Shown here: one piece after another, positions 1 to 9,729 of the stretch
Position numbering within the stretch: the stretch's first letter is position 1
How the letters are laid out: every line of letters starts with the position of its first letter
Source of the DNA: Nannocystis bainbridge
Lineage (GTDB): Bacteria; Myxococcota_A; Polyangia; Nannocystales; Nannocystaceae
Assembly (NCBI RefSeq): GCF_028368995.1
Contig: NZ_JAQNDL010000003.1
Span: forward strand, 2,272,001-2,336,000
Direction of reading: 5' to 3'
DNA length: 64,000 bases
Notes under the pieces: generated by a model
The model's database searches: none
What the model was told of the DNA's origin: nothing
The model's input: the letters and a program-made list of their open reading frames with translations, nothing else
Translations under genes and position numbers: made by a program

Positions 1-1682
1 ACCTCGACCAGGTCGAAGCCCGCCTGCTCGGCCAGCTCGGCCGCCCGCCGGAATTGCTCGATCACCGCCGCCATGTCCTCCGCCGTCATCGGCCGCGGCG
101 CCGCGAACCCGGGCGCGTACGGCACCGGCGACGGGCCGAGCAATTCCCAGCCGTCTTCGAGCCCCGTGTCAGCGCCCTCCCACGGGTGCACCGCCGAGCC
201 CTTGCGCCCCGCGTGGCCCAGCTGCACCCCGATCTTCGCCGTCGAGTGGGTGTGCACGAACTCGACCACCCGGCGCCACGCGCTCGCGTGCGCCTCCGAC
301 CACAGCCCCGCGCAGCCGCGGGTGATCCGGCCCTCGGGCGCCACATTGGTCATTTCGGTCATCACCAGCCCGGCCCCGCCGACGGCGCAGCCGCCGAGGT
401 GGACCAGGTGCCATTCGTTCGGCAGCCCGTCCTCCGCCGAATACTGGCACATCGGCGACACCACCACCCGGTTCTGCAGCGTCAGCGCGCGCAATCGCAG
501 CGGCGTGAACATCGGCGGCGGCGGTGGGTCGTGCGATTCGAGGCCTGAAGTCCCGGCGAACCATCGGTCGAGCCCGCCGACGTACTCGCGGTCGCGCACG
601 CGCAGGTTCTCGTACGTCACCCGCTTCGAGCGCGTCATCATGCTGAGCACGAACTGCTGCGGCGGCAGGTCCTTGTAGCGGCGGACCTCCTCGAACCACG
701 TCTGGCTGACCCTGGCCGCGCGCTGCAGCTTGGCCACGTCGAGCCAGCGGGCCTCGTGGTAGGCCGCCAGCGCCGCCGGCACCGACGACTCGCACAGCAG
801 CGCCTCGCACAGCGAGATCGAGTCCTCCATCGCCAGCTTGGTCCCCGAGCCGATCGAGAAGTGCGCCGTGTGAGCGGCGTCGCCGATCAGCACCACGTTG
901 CCCGACCACCAGCGGCCGCACTTGACCTCGCGGAACGACAGCCAGCTCGACTTGTTGCTCATCAGCCGGTGGCCAGCCAGCTCCTCGGCGAACAGCCGCT
1001 CGCAGTAGGCCACGCTGTCGTCGGGCGTCATCGCGTCGAGCCCGGCGCGGCGCCACGTCTCGGCGTCGGTCTCGACGATGAACGTGCTGGTGTCGCGGTC
1101 GAACGGATAGGCGTGGACCATGAACAGCCCGTGCTCGTTCTCGCGGACGTAGAACGTGAACGCCGTCAGGTGCTTGGTCGTGCCGAGCCAGATGTACTTG
1201 GCCTTGCCCTCGACGATCGTCGGCTCGATCACCTCGGCCAGCTGCGCCCGCACCTTGCTGTTGATCCCGTCGGCCGCCACCACCAGGTCGGCGCCCGCGG
1301 CGTGCGGCGACGCCAGCCCGTCGTGCTCCGTCTCGAACGCGATCGTCACGCCCAGGGCGAGCGCCCGGTCTTGCAGGATCTCGAGCAGGCGCACCCGCGC
1401 GATCCCGCAGAACCCGTGGCCGCCCGATCGAATCACCTGTCCTTTGATGCAGGTGTCGATATCGTCCCAGTGGATGAACGCGTCGGTGATCGCCGCGTAC
1501 GTCTCCGGATCGGCACGGCGGAAATTGCCGAGCGTGCCGTCGGAGAACACCACACCCCAGCCGAACGTGTCCTTGCGCCGGTTGCGCTCGACGACCACGA
1601 CATCGCAGTCGGGTCGCGCCTTTTTCATGAGCACGCTGAAATACAGGCCAGCCGGGCCACCGCCGAGGACCGCGATCTTCAC
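1..1682 (-). CDS. Bifunctional salicylyl-CoA 5-hydroxylase-like FAD monooxygenase / OYE-type NADH:flavin oxidoreductase (runs off the window start)
   Basis: Read by hand from GTG at 1682: MKIAVLGGGPAGLYFSVLMKK...TFGWGVVFSD, then LIGDAAHTAHFSIGSGTKLAMED, then an OYE domain (NRVVVSPMCQYSA, QLGHAGRKGS). Absent from the ORF track because no stop lies in the window. Confidence 0.85.
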   Translation of the reverse strand, partial: MKIAVLGGGPAGLYFSVLMKKARPDCDVVVVERNRRKDTFGWGVVFSDGTLGNFRRADPETYAAITDAFIHWDDIDTCIKGQVIRSGGHGFCGIARVRLLEILQDRALALGVTIAFETEHDGLASPHAAGADLVVAADGINSKVRAQLAEVIEPTIVEGKAKYIWLGTTKHLTAFTFYVRENEHGLFMVHAYPFDRDTSTFIVETDAETWRRAGLDAMTPDDSVAYCERLFAEELAGHRLMSNKSSWLSFREVKCGRWWSGNVVLIGDAAHTAHFSIGSGTKLAMEDSISLCEALLCESSVPAALAAYHEARWLDVAKLQRAARVSQTWFEEVRRYKDLPPQQFVLSMMTRSKRVTYENLRVRDREYVGGLDRWFAGTSGLESHDPPPPPMFTPLRLRALTLQNRVVVSPMCQYSAEDGLPNEWHLVHLGGCAVGGAGLVMTEMTNVAPEGRITRGCAGLWSEAHASAWRRVVEFVHTHSTAKIGVQLGHAGRKGSAVHPWEGADTGLEDGWELLGPSPVPYAPGFAAPRPMTAEDMAAVIEQFRRAAELAEQAGFDLVE

Positions 1683-1797
1683 CGCGCAATGCTAACCCGC
1701 CGCTCGGCGGCCGCCCAAGTGAGAAGCCTCGCGGTGCGACGAGCCAACGACGTCGCGTCCGCGCCGGGTCGGGTGCCGCCGTGTATGCTCACGCGGC

Positions 1798-4764
1798 ATG
1801 TCAGCAACGACCGGCCCGCGCGACGGCCTCCTGCTGCTCGCGGCGTTCGCCTCGGGCGCGGCGGCCCTCGCCTACGAGATGCTGTGGACGCGCATGTTGG
1901 CGCTGTCGCTCGGCAGCGAGACCGTCGGCGTGCTCGCGGCGCTGGCCGGCTACTTCGCCGGGCTCGCGCTCGGGGCCGGGCTGCTGCACGACCGGACCCA
2001 CCGCGCCGCCGACCCGGTGCGCCTGTTCGTCCTGCTCGAGCTGGTCGCCGCCGGCTTCGCCGTGGCCTCGCCGCACCTCCTGCAGTGGCTCGCGCGCGTG
2101 CTGCCGGGCTGGCTCGGGCCCGTCGCTGCCGCCGGTGGGGCCGCGGCGCTGGCCGCCTCCACGGCGGTCGCCGCCGCCGTGCTCGCCCTCGGCGCCGCCC
2201 CGCTCGGCGCCTCGCTGGCGGCCCTGGTCGAGGCCCGCCGCCGCACCTGTCCCTCGGACCAGGACGGCCGCGGCCTCGGCCGGATCTACGGCGCCAACAC
2301 CCTCGGCGCCGCCCTCGCCGCCCTCGTCAGCGTCCACCTGGTGTTCCCCGCCCTCGGCTACGGCCTCGGCGCCGCCCTCGCCGCCCTCGCCGGCGCCGGC
2401 GCTGCCCTCGCCGCCCGGGCCTGGGGCGCCCGCGCTTCAGGACATGTCCCGCCGAGCATGTCCCCCGCGACAGTTTTGAAAGGACATGTCCCCGGAGACA
2501 TGTCCTCCGCGCCAGCCTCGCCGGCCGCCGAGATTGCGCCCGCCTCTCGGGACGCTGGCGCCGACGTCAATCCTCGAGTCACCGACGCGGGCGCCGACGT
2601 CGGTTCTCGCGTCACCATCGACGTCCCACCTGCCGCTCGAGACACCTCCGCGTCTCGCTTCACCTCGCCCTCCTCTCGGCACACCACCCCCGCCCCGCCT
2701 TCCGTCATCGACGCCTCGCGCGACCCCGACCCCGACCTGCTGCGCGAGCCGTGGCTGCTCGGCCTCGTGTCCTTCGGGACAGGTCTGACCGGCATCGGCC
2801 TCCAGGTCGTCGGCATCCGGGTGCTCGGCCAGCACCTCGAGAACACCATCTACACCTTCGCCCACATCCTCGCCGCCTACCTGCTGGCGACCGGCCTCGG
2901 CGCGCTCGTCTACCAGCGCTTCGCCGCGCGGGCGGTCGCCGGCCGGCCCGGCGGCGTCATCGCGGCGCTGCTGTGGCTGCTCGGCATCCTCGTCGTCCCG
3001 GCGGCCATGGTCCTCGCGCAGGGGCCCGCGCTGTTGCAGGCGCTCGCGCCCGAGGCGGCCGGGCTCGCGCGCGCCGGCCTGGCCGAGCTCGCGGTCGCGG
3101 CCCTGGTGTTCGCGCCGACCGCCGTGGTCCTCGGCGCCCTGCTCAGCCACGTCATCGGCCTGGTCGCGGCCACCGGTCGCGGCGTCGGCCGGACCTACGC
3201 CTACAACGCGCTCGGCTGCGCCGCCGCCCCGTTCGTGTTCGGCCTCGTCGCCATCCCGCGGCTCGGCTACGCCGACGCCTTTTACGCCGTGCTCTACGCC
3301 TACCTGGCGCTGTTCGCCGTGTTCGGGTGGTTCCGCCGGTTCTCGCCGATCATGCTCATCGGCGGCGTCCTCGCCGGCGTGGCCTTCACCGCCGCCGGCC
3401 CGCGCTCGCTGGCCCTCGTCAGCGACAGCGACGGGTGGGTCCGCCGCGAAGAGCGCCAGACCCTGCACGGCCTCGTCGCCGTCAGCGAGCGCCCCGGCCC
3501 CGGCGGCGCCCCGCTGCGCCGGCTGCAGATAGGCAAGCGCTTCCGCATGGGCGGCGCCGCCGGCTTCGGCGAGCAGCGCATGGGCCAGCTCTGTTCGCTC
3601 CTGTCCCATGCGTCAGGTCCCGAAGGACCGATCGCAAAGGCCCTGTACCTCGGCCTGGGTACCGGCTCGACCATGGGCGGCGCGCTGGCGGTCCCGCACG
3701 CCGCGGCCGAGGGCGTCGAGCTGGTGCCGGAGATCGTCGAGCTGCTGCCGCACTTCGCCGACATCAACCACGACCTGGCAAAGCGCCCCGAAGCCACCCT
3801 GCTCGCCGCCGACGCCCGCCGCTACCTCGCCGCCGCGCCCGACCGCTACGACCTGATCGTCGCCGACCTGTTCCACCCCGGCCAGGCCGGCGCCAGCAGC
3901 CTGTTCGCGCGCGAGCACTTCGCCGCCGCCGCCAGCCACCTGCGCCCCGGCGGCCTGATGTGCCAGTGGCTGCCGCTCTACCAGCTCGACGAGGCCGACG
4001 TGCGCACGATCGTCCGCACCTTCCTCGACGTGTTCCCCGAGTCCTACGGCTTCCTGGGCATCTACAACGCCCAGAACCCCGCGCTCGCGCTCGTCGGCCG
4101 CGCCCCCGACCCGGCCGCGGCCCAGCTCCACCTCGACGTCGCGCGCCTGCAGGCCGACACCGCCAAGCTGCAGAACATCGTCGACCCGCGCGACCTGCTG
4201 GCCTCCTACGTGATGGGCCCCGGCGAGCTGACCGCGTGGGCCGGCGACGGCCCGCGCAACACCGACCTCGCGCCCGAGATCGCGTTCCAGGCCGCGCGCG
4301 TGGCCTACCGCGACGACCGCAGCCTCGGCGCCCACAACCTCGGGGCGGTGCTCCAGCGCGCCGCCCCGGCCCCGGCCGCCCTCCTGACAGGCAGCGGCGC
4401 CGAGGCCCTCGCCGCCGCCAGCGCGCCGTTCACCGCCGCCGCCCGCCACTACCTGACCGGCGAGATCGCCCGCGGCGACCTCGCTGACCTTTCGGGGATG
4501 TCCTGGGAGACAGCCGAGAACTTCGTCCGCGCCTATGAGGCCGACCCCGAGTTCGCGCCCGCCCGCGGCGCCCTCTACACCATCGCGCGCAAGAACTCGG
4601 CCCTGGCCGCGAAGCTCCTCCCGCGCATGCTGGCCCGCACCCCCGACGAACCCCGCGTCTACGAGGCCTTTTTAAATCACCTGCGCCTGACCGGCGATCA
4701 GACCGCCTACCAGCAATTGCGCGACGAGGCCGCCGCCAAGTTCCCGGACGCCACCCTGCCGTGA
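1798..4764 (+). CDS. Fused membrane domain / spermidine synthase-like SAM-binding protein
   Basis: SGAAALAYEMLWTR and YGANTLGA membrane repeats; LYLGLGTG, VELVPEI, DARRYL, YDLIVADLFHP, QWLPLYQ. Has a low-complexity insert of about 100 aa at roughly 2431-2730. Confidence 0.85.
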   Translation: MSATTGPRDGLLLLAAFASGAAALAYEMLWTRMLALSLGSETVGVLAALAGYFAGLALGAGLLHDRTHRAADPVRLFVLLELVAAGFAVASPHLLQWLARVLPGWLGPVAAAGGAAALAASTAVAAAVLALGAAPLGASLAALVEARRRTCPSDQDGRGLGRIYGANTLGAALAALVSVHLVFPALGYGLGAALAALAGAGAALAARAWGARASGHVPPSMSPATVLKGHVPGDMSSAPASPAAEIAPASRDAGADVNPRVTDAGADVGSRVTIDVPPAARDTSASRFTSPSSRHTTPAPPSVIDASRDPDPDLLREPWLLGLVSFGTGLTGIGLQVVGIRVLGQHLENTIYTFAHILAAYLLATGLGALVYQRFAARAVAGRPGGVIAALLWLLGILVVPAAMVLAQGPALLQALAPEAAGLARAGLAELAVAALVFAPTAVVLGALLSHVIGLVAATGRGVGRTYAYNALGCAAAPFVFGLVAIPRLGYADAFYAVLYAYLALFAVFGWFRRFSPIMLIGGVLAGVAFTAAGPRSLALVSDSDGWVRREERQTLHGLVAVSERPGPGGAPLRRLQIGKRFRMGGAAGFGEQRMGQLCSLLSHASGPEGPIAKALYLGLGTGSTMGGALAVPHAAAEGVELVPEIVELLPHFADINHDLAKRPEATLLAADARRYLAAAPDRYDLIVADLFHPGQAGASSLFAREHFAAAASHLRPGGLMCQWLPLYQLDEADVRTIVRTFLDVFPESYGFLGIYNAQNPALALVGRAPDPAAAQLHLDVARLQADTAKLQNIVDPRDLLASYVMGPGELTAWAGDGPRNTDLAPEIAFQAARVAYRDDRSLGAHNLGAVLQRAAPAPAALLTGSGAEALAAASAPFTAAARHYLTGEIARGDLADLSGMSWETAENFVRAYEADPEFAPARGALYTIARKNSALAAKLLPRMLARTPDEPRVYEAFLNHLRLTGDQTAYQQLRDEAAAKFPDATLP
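2431..2514. repeat. Six head-to-tail 14-bp TGTC-N6-GACA-like units, in frame within the CDS
   Basis: Units cgcgcttcaggaca, tgtcccgccgagca, tgtcccccgcgaca, gttttgaaaggaca, tgtccccggagaca, tgtcctccgcgcca. Confidence 0.85.
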
Positions 4765-4771
4765 ATGCCGC

Positions 4772-4978
4772 GAGCTGTCCCGAGGGACAGCTTGTCACCG
4801 ACCTGCGCGCGGCTGTCTCGAGGGACAGCCACTCGCCGCAAGCGAGCTGTCCACGGGACATGTTGTCGCCACCCTGCCCGGAGCTGTCCCGAGGGACATA
4901 TTATTGCCGACCTGTACGCGGCTGTCTCGAGGGACAGCCCTTCGCCGACCTTCGCGCGGCTGTCCCTCGGGACAGCCG
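4772..4978. repeat. Intergenic array of six GCTGTC-N6-GACA palindromes, period about 38 bp
   Basis: TGTC starts at 4776, 4814, 4848 (N5 variant), 4885, 4923, 4961; the linkers are related to each other (cgacctgcgcgcg, cgacctgtacgcg, cgaccttcgcgcg). Confidence 0.9.
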
Positions 4979-4991
4979 CCAAATTCTCAGC

Positions 4992-6032
4992 TCACAGCCG
5001 CGACGCGTCGTAGCGCGGGCTCGCCAGCGACCACTCGATGTTGCCGCGCTGCCACTCGAGCAGCCCCTGCAGATACGTGTGCGCCTCGTGCCCCTCCGGG
5101 TACGCCGCCCCGGCCTCGCGCACGCTCGCCGCCAGCGCTTGCGCCTCGGCGTTGACCAGCTCCGTCGCCTCGCGGAGGGCCGACTCGAGCGAGCAGCCGC
5201 GCTCGCACATCAGCACGTGGACCAGGTTGTTGGGGTTCTTGTGGCGCAGCACCTCTTTGGGGAACGACACGATGTCGTTGAAGTAGCCGACCGTGCGGCT
5301 CGCCGCCCGGCGGGCTCGCACCATCGCCGGGCTGTCGCGCACTGTCGGCGCCAGGTGCAGCGCCCCCGCCAGCTCGATCAGGTCGAGCGCCGTCAGCACC
5401 CCGCTGTCGTGCTCGCGCTGGCTCAGGTACTCGCGCAGCGGCGGCGTGCGCGACGTGCCCCAGTTGCGCACCGCCGGCAGCACCCCGAGCGACATGTGAT
5501 CGGCGGTCACGCACCACAGCCGATCGAGCCAGGCCCCGCCGATCTGCGCCAGCGCCCCGCGGCGGAACTCGAGCAGCAGGCGGTCGAGCGGCTCGGCCTC
5601 GCCCGTCGGCTGACGCGCTCCTGACAGCAGCGCCAGCGCGTGATCGATCTGTCGCCGCACCCGGCTCTGGTCGTCGCGGCTGCGCAGCTCCTCGTCGTGC
5701 ATGTCGTCGAAGAAGAACAACCAGTTGCACCACGTCGCGCACAGCACCCCGCGCTCGACCGTGGCCGTCGGATACACGTGGCGACCCAGCGAGTTGAAGG
5801 CGTCGAAGCGGGCCCGGTTGCCCGCGTGGACCAGCCCGACCGCCTCTGCCAGCGCCAGCGCCCCGGCCTCGATCTCGTCCGCGCGCGGGTTCTGGCGCCG
5901 CGGCGCCAGGGTCACGAAATCGTCGATCGCCAGGCCGACCGGCTGCGCGCGCACGTCGGGCGCCAGCGGTTCGGGGCGAGAGATCACGAGCACATCGTTC
6001 ATCGCGTCCGATACGGGCGAGAGAGTCGTCAT
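4992..6032 (-). CDS. Class I terpene synthase (start uncertain)
   Basis: FFFDDMHDE (DDxxD), NDIVSFPKE (NSE triad), WSLASPRY (WxxxxxRY). Confidence 0.9.
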   Translation of the reverse strand: MTTLSPVSDAMNDVLVISRPEPLAPDVRAQPVGLAIDDFVTLAPRRQNPRADEIEAGALALAEAVGLVHAGNRARFDAFNSLGRHVYPTATVERGVLCATWCNWLFFFDDMHDEELRSRDDQSRVRRQIDHALALLSGARQPTGEAEPLDRLLLEFRRGALAQIGGAWLDRLWCVTADHMSLGVLPAVRNWGTSRTPPLREYLSQREHDSGVLTALDLIELAGALHLAPTVRDSPAMVRARRAASRTVGYFNDIVSFPKEVLRHKNPNNLVHVLMCERGCSLESALREATELVNAEAQALAASVREAGAAYPEGHEAHTYLQGLLEWQRGNIEWSLASPRYDASRL

Positions 6033-6297
6033 GGGGGGGTAGGTCTTGTTGTCCGAGGGTCGCTGAGCCGGCAACTACATCCGCCGTGCTCACCGCGCCG
6101 GAGGCGGGGCGGCGCGCATCATGAGCGGCGCGGGGCGCCCGAATGGATCTCGGCGTCGTGAGGCTGAATTCGGGCGCCGCTCGCCGACTGCGCGTCGGAC
6201 GCCAAGCCGCTTCGCAACCGGCGCACGCGGCGGCGGGTCCGCGGCGCCGCCCGCTGCGGGGCGGCGTGCGTGGCAGCCGGTCGATGCATCTTCGCCG

Positions 6298-7446
6298 CTA
6301 CTTCTTCGCCGCCGCCGCCGTCGTCGTCGGCTTGCGCTGGCTCATCTGCACGATGCAGAACTTGAGCGCGTCGCGGAGCTTGGCGAACACTGCCACGCGC
6401 GCGAGGTCGACCCCGAGCGCGACGATCGTCTGGGCGATGGTCGGATGGATGCCGGTCAAGATGCCCTCGGCGCCGAGCAGACGGATCGCCTGGATCATCC
6501 CGATCAGGTGGCCGGCCGTGCCGGTGTCGACGACCTCGACCCCGGTGAGGTCGAGGATCGCGTAGCGGGCCCGCGTGGTCGCCACCGAAGTCAGCAGGTT
6601 GTCCATGATCTCCGCCGTGCGGACGCTGTCGACCAGGCCGATGATCGGCAGCGTCAGCACCCCGTCCCACACCTCGATGATCGGCGTCGAAAGCTCGCGG
6701 ATCACCTCTTGCTGGCGCTCGATCAGCTCGAGCTTGGTGCGCAGCTCGATCTCGCTGCGGCGCGCCTCGGTCACGTCGAGCGTGATGCCCACCACCGCCG
6801 CGTCGGCGGCGTTCTCTTGCATCGGGATGTACCAGGTCTGCCAGTGCATCCCGTGCACCTCGGCCGGCAGCGCCGAGATCGCCTCGCCCTTCAGGGCCCG
6901 GCGCACGCCGTCGAGGTCACCGCCCTCGCGATAGGCCTCGAAGATGTTCTGGCCGACGAACTGATGCGGCTGCATCCCCGTCGCGCGCACGCCCTTGCCG
7001 TCCTGATACAGGAACGTGCCCTGGCCATCGACCGCCCACAGCGCGATGTCGAGGTGCTCCTTGATCGCCTGCAGCATCGCCGACTCGAGCACCGCGCGGC
7101 GCTCGACGGTGACGCGGGACGTCGCGTCGTGGCCGAACAGCCTCGCCCCCCGCGGCGAGCCGTCCTCACCGCGGTCGACTTGCCACCACGCCTCGAACAG
7201 CAGCGGCTGGTCCCCCGCGCCGCGCAGCTCCCAGACGCGCGATTCCGCGCCGTTTTCGAAGAGGGACGTCCATTTGTCCGCCGCCCCGTGCAGCGGCAGC
7301 AGCTCCTCGAGCTTGCGCCCGAGCGCCGCCTCCTGCGAGGTCTTGAAGGTCTGCTCCGCCCGCCGATTCCAGCCGGACACGCGAAGTGCCGGGTCGACGT
7401 CGATGACGACGAGGGGCGCGTCCTGCAGCAAGGTCCGTTCGTCCAC
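6298..7446 (-). CDS. PAS-PAS-STAS (RsbR-like) protein
   Basis: WNRRAEQTF PAS; IRELSTPIIEVWDGVLTLPIIG...ILDLTGVEVVDT...TGIHPTIAQTIV STAS. GTG start at 7446 inferred. Confidence 0.9.
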   Translation of the reverse strand: MDERTLLQDAPLVVIDVDPALRVSGWNRRAEQTFKTSQEAALGRKLEELLPLHGAADKWTSLFENGAESRVWELRGAGDQPLLFEAWWQVDRGEDGSPRGARLFGHDATSRVTVERRAVLESAMLQAIKEHLDIALWAVDGQGTFLYQDGKGVRATGMQPHQFVGQNIFEAYREGGDLDGVRRALKGEAISALPAEVHGMHWQTWYIPMQENAADAAVVGITLDVTEARRSEIELRTKLELIERQQEVIRELSTPIIEVWDGVLTLPIIGLVDSVRTAEIMDNLLTSVATTRARYAILDLTGVEVVDTGTAGHLIGMIQAIRLLGAEGILTGIHPTIAQTIVALGVDLARVAVFAKLRDALKFCIVQMSQRKPTTTAAAAKK

Positions 7447-7545
7447 GCATCCTTTGTACCGTGTCCGCGGACAGCTGTCCGCATCTTCTCGTGCGGACCG
7501 CACGCGCGATCTTGAACCTGCCCCGGAGCCGCGCGCTATCGCCGA

Positions 7546-8655
7546 TCAGGCTCTGTGAGCGGCGCGGAGGCAGTGTTTGAGGGCGTCGCGCAGCTTGGCG
7601 TGCACCGTGACGTGCGACAGGTCGACGCCGAGCGCGACGATTGTTTGAGCGATCGACGGGTGGATGCCGGTGAGGATCCCTTCCGCCCCGAGCAGCCGGA
7701 GCGCCTGGATCATCTTGATAAGGTGACTTGCAGTGCCGGTATCGACGACCTCGACGCCGGTGAGGTCGAGGATCGCGAAGCGGGCTCGCGTCTGCGTCAC
7801 GGCTTGCAGCAGGCTGTCCATGATCTCGGCCGTGCGCGCCGTGTCGACGAGGCCGACGATCGGCATCGTCAGCACCCCGTCCCACACCTCGATGATCGGC
7901 GTGGCGAGCTCGCGGATCACCTGTTGTTGGCGCTCGATCAGCTCGATCTTGCGGCGCATCTCGAGCTCGACCCGCTTGGCCTCCGTGACGTTGAGCGTCA
8001 CCCCGATCAGCCGCGGCTCGCCTGGCTGCCCGGTCACCGGGATGTAATACGTGTCGAGGAACATCCCGTGGCTCTCCGCACCGTACGTGCGCGCCGGCTC
8101 GCCGGCCAGCGCCCGCTCGATCAACGGGTTGTTGCCGAGGTCCTTGTACATCTCGAGCATGTTGAGGCCGACGAACTGGTGCGGCGCGATCCCGGCGTCG
8201 CGGATCGCCTTGCCGTCCTGGTAGACGAACACCCCGTGCTCGTCGACCGCCCACACCGCGATGTCGAGGTTGTCCTTGATCGCCCTCAGCATCGTCGTCT
8301 CGAGCGCCGCGGTCCGCTCGGCCGTCACGCGGGCGCCGACGTCGTGGCCGTAGATGCGCACCCCGGGCGGGCGGCCCTCGCCGTCGCCGAGCGTCTGCGT
8401 CCACGCCTCGATGGACCAGCTCGCGTCGCCGCGGCGGACCGTCAGCACCCGCGGCGCCGCGTCGCTGTCCGCCAGCGACTCGCCCCAGCTCGCGCCGACC
8501 AGCGGCAGCAGCTCGGCCAGGCCGCGGCCGACGGCCTCCGATGGACCTGTCCCGAAGACCAGATGAGCGCGGCGGTTCCAGGCGGTGACGACGAGCCCGG
8601 CGTCCGCCTCGATCACGATCAGGGGGGCGCCCTCCAAACTGCTGGTATCGCTCAC
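7546..8655 (-). CDS. PAS-PAS-STAS (RsbR-like) protein, paralog of the neighbouring gene
   Basis: WNRRAHLVF; IRELATPIIEVWDGVLTMPIVG...LDLTGVEVVDT. Confidence 0.9.
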   Translation of the reverse strand: MSDTSSLEGAPLIVIEADAGLVVTAWNRRAHLVFGTGPSEAVGRGLAELLPLVGASWGESLADSDAAPRVLTVRRGDASWSIEAWTQTLGDGEGRPPGVRIYGHDVGARVTAERTAALETTMLRAIKDNLDIAVWAVDEHGVFVYQDGKAIRDAGIAPHQFVGLNMLEMYKDLGNNPLIERALAGEPARTYGAESHGMFLDTYYIPVTGQPGEPRLIGVTLNVTEAKRVELEMRRKIELIERQQQVIRELATPIIEVWDGVLTMPIVGLVDTARTAEIMDSLLQAVTQTRARFAILDLTGVEVVDTGTASHLIKMIQALRLLGAEGILTGIHPSIAQTIVALGVDLSHVTVHAKLRDALKHCLRAAHRA

Positions 8656-8802
8656 GGCACCCTGTGTATCGCAAGGCGAGGTCCGCTGTCCGCAGCGACG
8701 TGAATGGCGACCGCGCGCCGGCTCACGGCTCGCCCGTGAGCTGTCTCTTCGACCATGTCATCGGAACTCCCAGACCGGGCCGGAGATCCACTAAGCTGCG
8801 TC

Positions 8803-9696
8803 ATGCCTCGCCTTCGACCGCAGATCGGGCTCGCGATCGCGCTTGTGTGCCTGCCGCAGCCGGCTCACGCCGACAGCTTCCGGCCGCCCGAGGACAAGCT
8901 TCCGGTCGAGGTCACCATCGCCGTCGAAAACCTCGACGCGCACCCGGAGTACATCTTCGTGCTGTGGCCCGACGCCTGTCTGCGCAACGACGGCAACATG
9001 GGCACCTACACCGTGCTCAATTGGCAGGAGGACGACGGCCGGCCCGACCTCTTCGAGGAGGGCTGCTCCCGCCAGCGACTGTTCGCCTACCCGCGCGACA
9101 CCTACTCCGAGGACGAGGGCGTCCTGTCCGAGAACGCCCGCCAGCAGCTCGGCGACGACCCGCCGAGCGACCCGCGGGTGCTCGTGCAGACGATCACCGC
9201 CGAGGAGATATGGTGGGTGCCCGACGAGGTCGATGTCTCTGGCATCGAGGACGTGTACCGCGTCGGCATCGACAGCACCGGCCTCTCGCTGACCCCGACC
9301 CGCGTCCGCTTCAGGTTCTCCGGCGGAGCTATCTTCGAGCGCCTCTTTTACAAGGGCCGACGCCCACGGCTGCCGCGTGTCTCCGACACCCCGCCCAAGC
9401 CGCCGCCGGCGCCCGCCGCTCCCGCCGCCGAGCCCGCCCCCGCAGCCGCCGACACGCCGGCCCCCGACGCGAGCGCTACCCCCGACACGAAGGCCGAACC
9501 ACCGACCCCCGACGCGAAGGCCGAACCACCGGCCCCCGTGATCACGCCTGCGCCTCCCGCCTCGGAGCCGGAGCCGGCTACCTCCGAGGAGATCTCGCAA
9601 CGACCCTGGCTGCCTCCGCCGCTGATGTACGGCGGCGCCTGCCTGCTGGTCGCGATCGCGGCCGGGCTCGCGCTGCGGCGCCGCCCCGGCGCGTGA
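8803..9696 (+). CDS. Hypothetical exported protein with Pro/Ala linker and C-terminal membrane anchor
   Basis: Signal-like N-terminus ending AHA-D, Pro-rich stalk, hydrophobic tail followed by RRR. Confidence 0.7.
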   Translation: MPRLRPQIGLAIALVCLPQPAHADSFRPPEDKLPVEVTIAVENLDAHPEYIFVLWPDACLRNDGNMGTYTVLNWQEDDGRPDLFEEGCSRQRLFAYPRDTYSEDEGVLSENARQQLGDDPPSDPRVLVQTITAEEIWWVPDEVDVSGIEDVYRVGIDSTGLSLTPTRVRFRFSGGAIFERLFYKGRRPRLPRVSDTPPKPPPAPAAPAAEPAPAAADTPAPDASATPDTKAEPPTPDAKAEPPAPVITPAPPASEPEPATSEEISQRPWLPPPLMYGGACLLVAIAAGLALRRRPGA

Positions 9697-9729
9697 CCTT
9701 CGAGACATGTCCTTCGGGACAGCTTATTT

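Noticed and set aside
756-4487. Long alternative-frame ORFs (for example 756-4487, 30201-32972, 33972-36242, 36355-38616, 51809-54283)
   Set aside because: Arg/Pro/Ala-rich shadow frames of real genes, expected at high GC; no family motifs except where they run into a true gene.
4772-4978. CRISPR array
   Set aside because: Repeats are too short and variable, the linkers are homologous to each other, and no cas genes are present.
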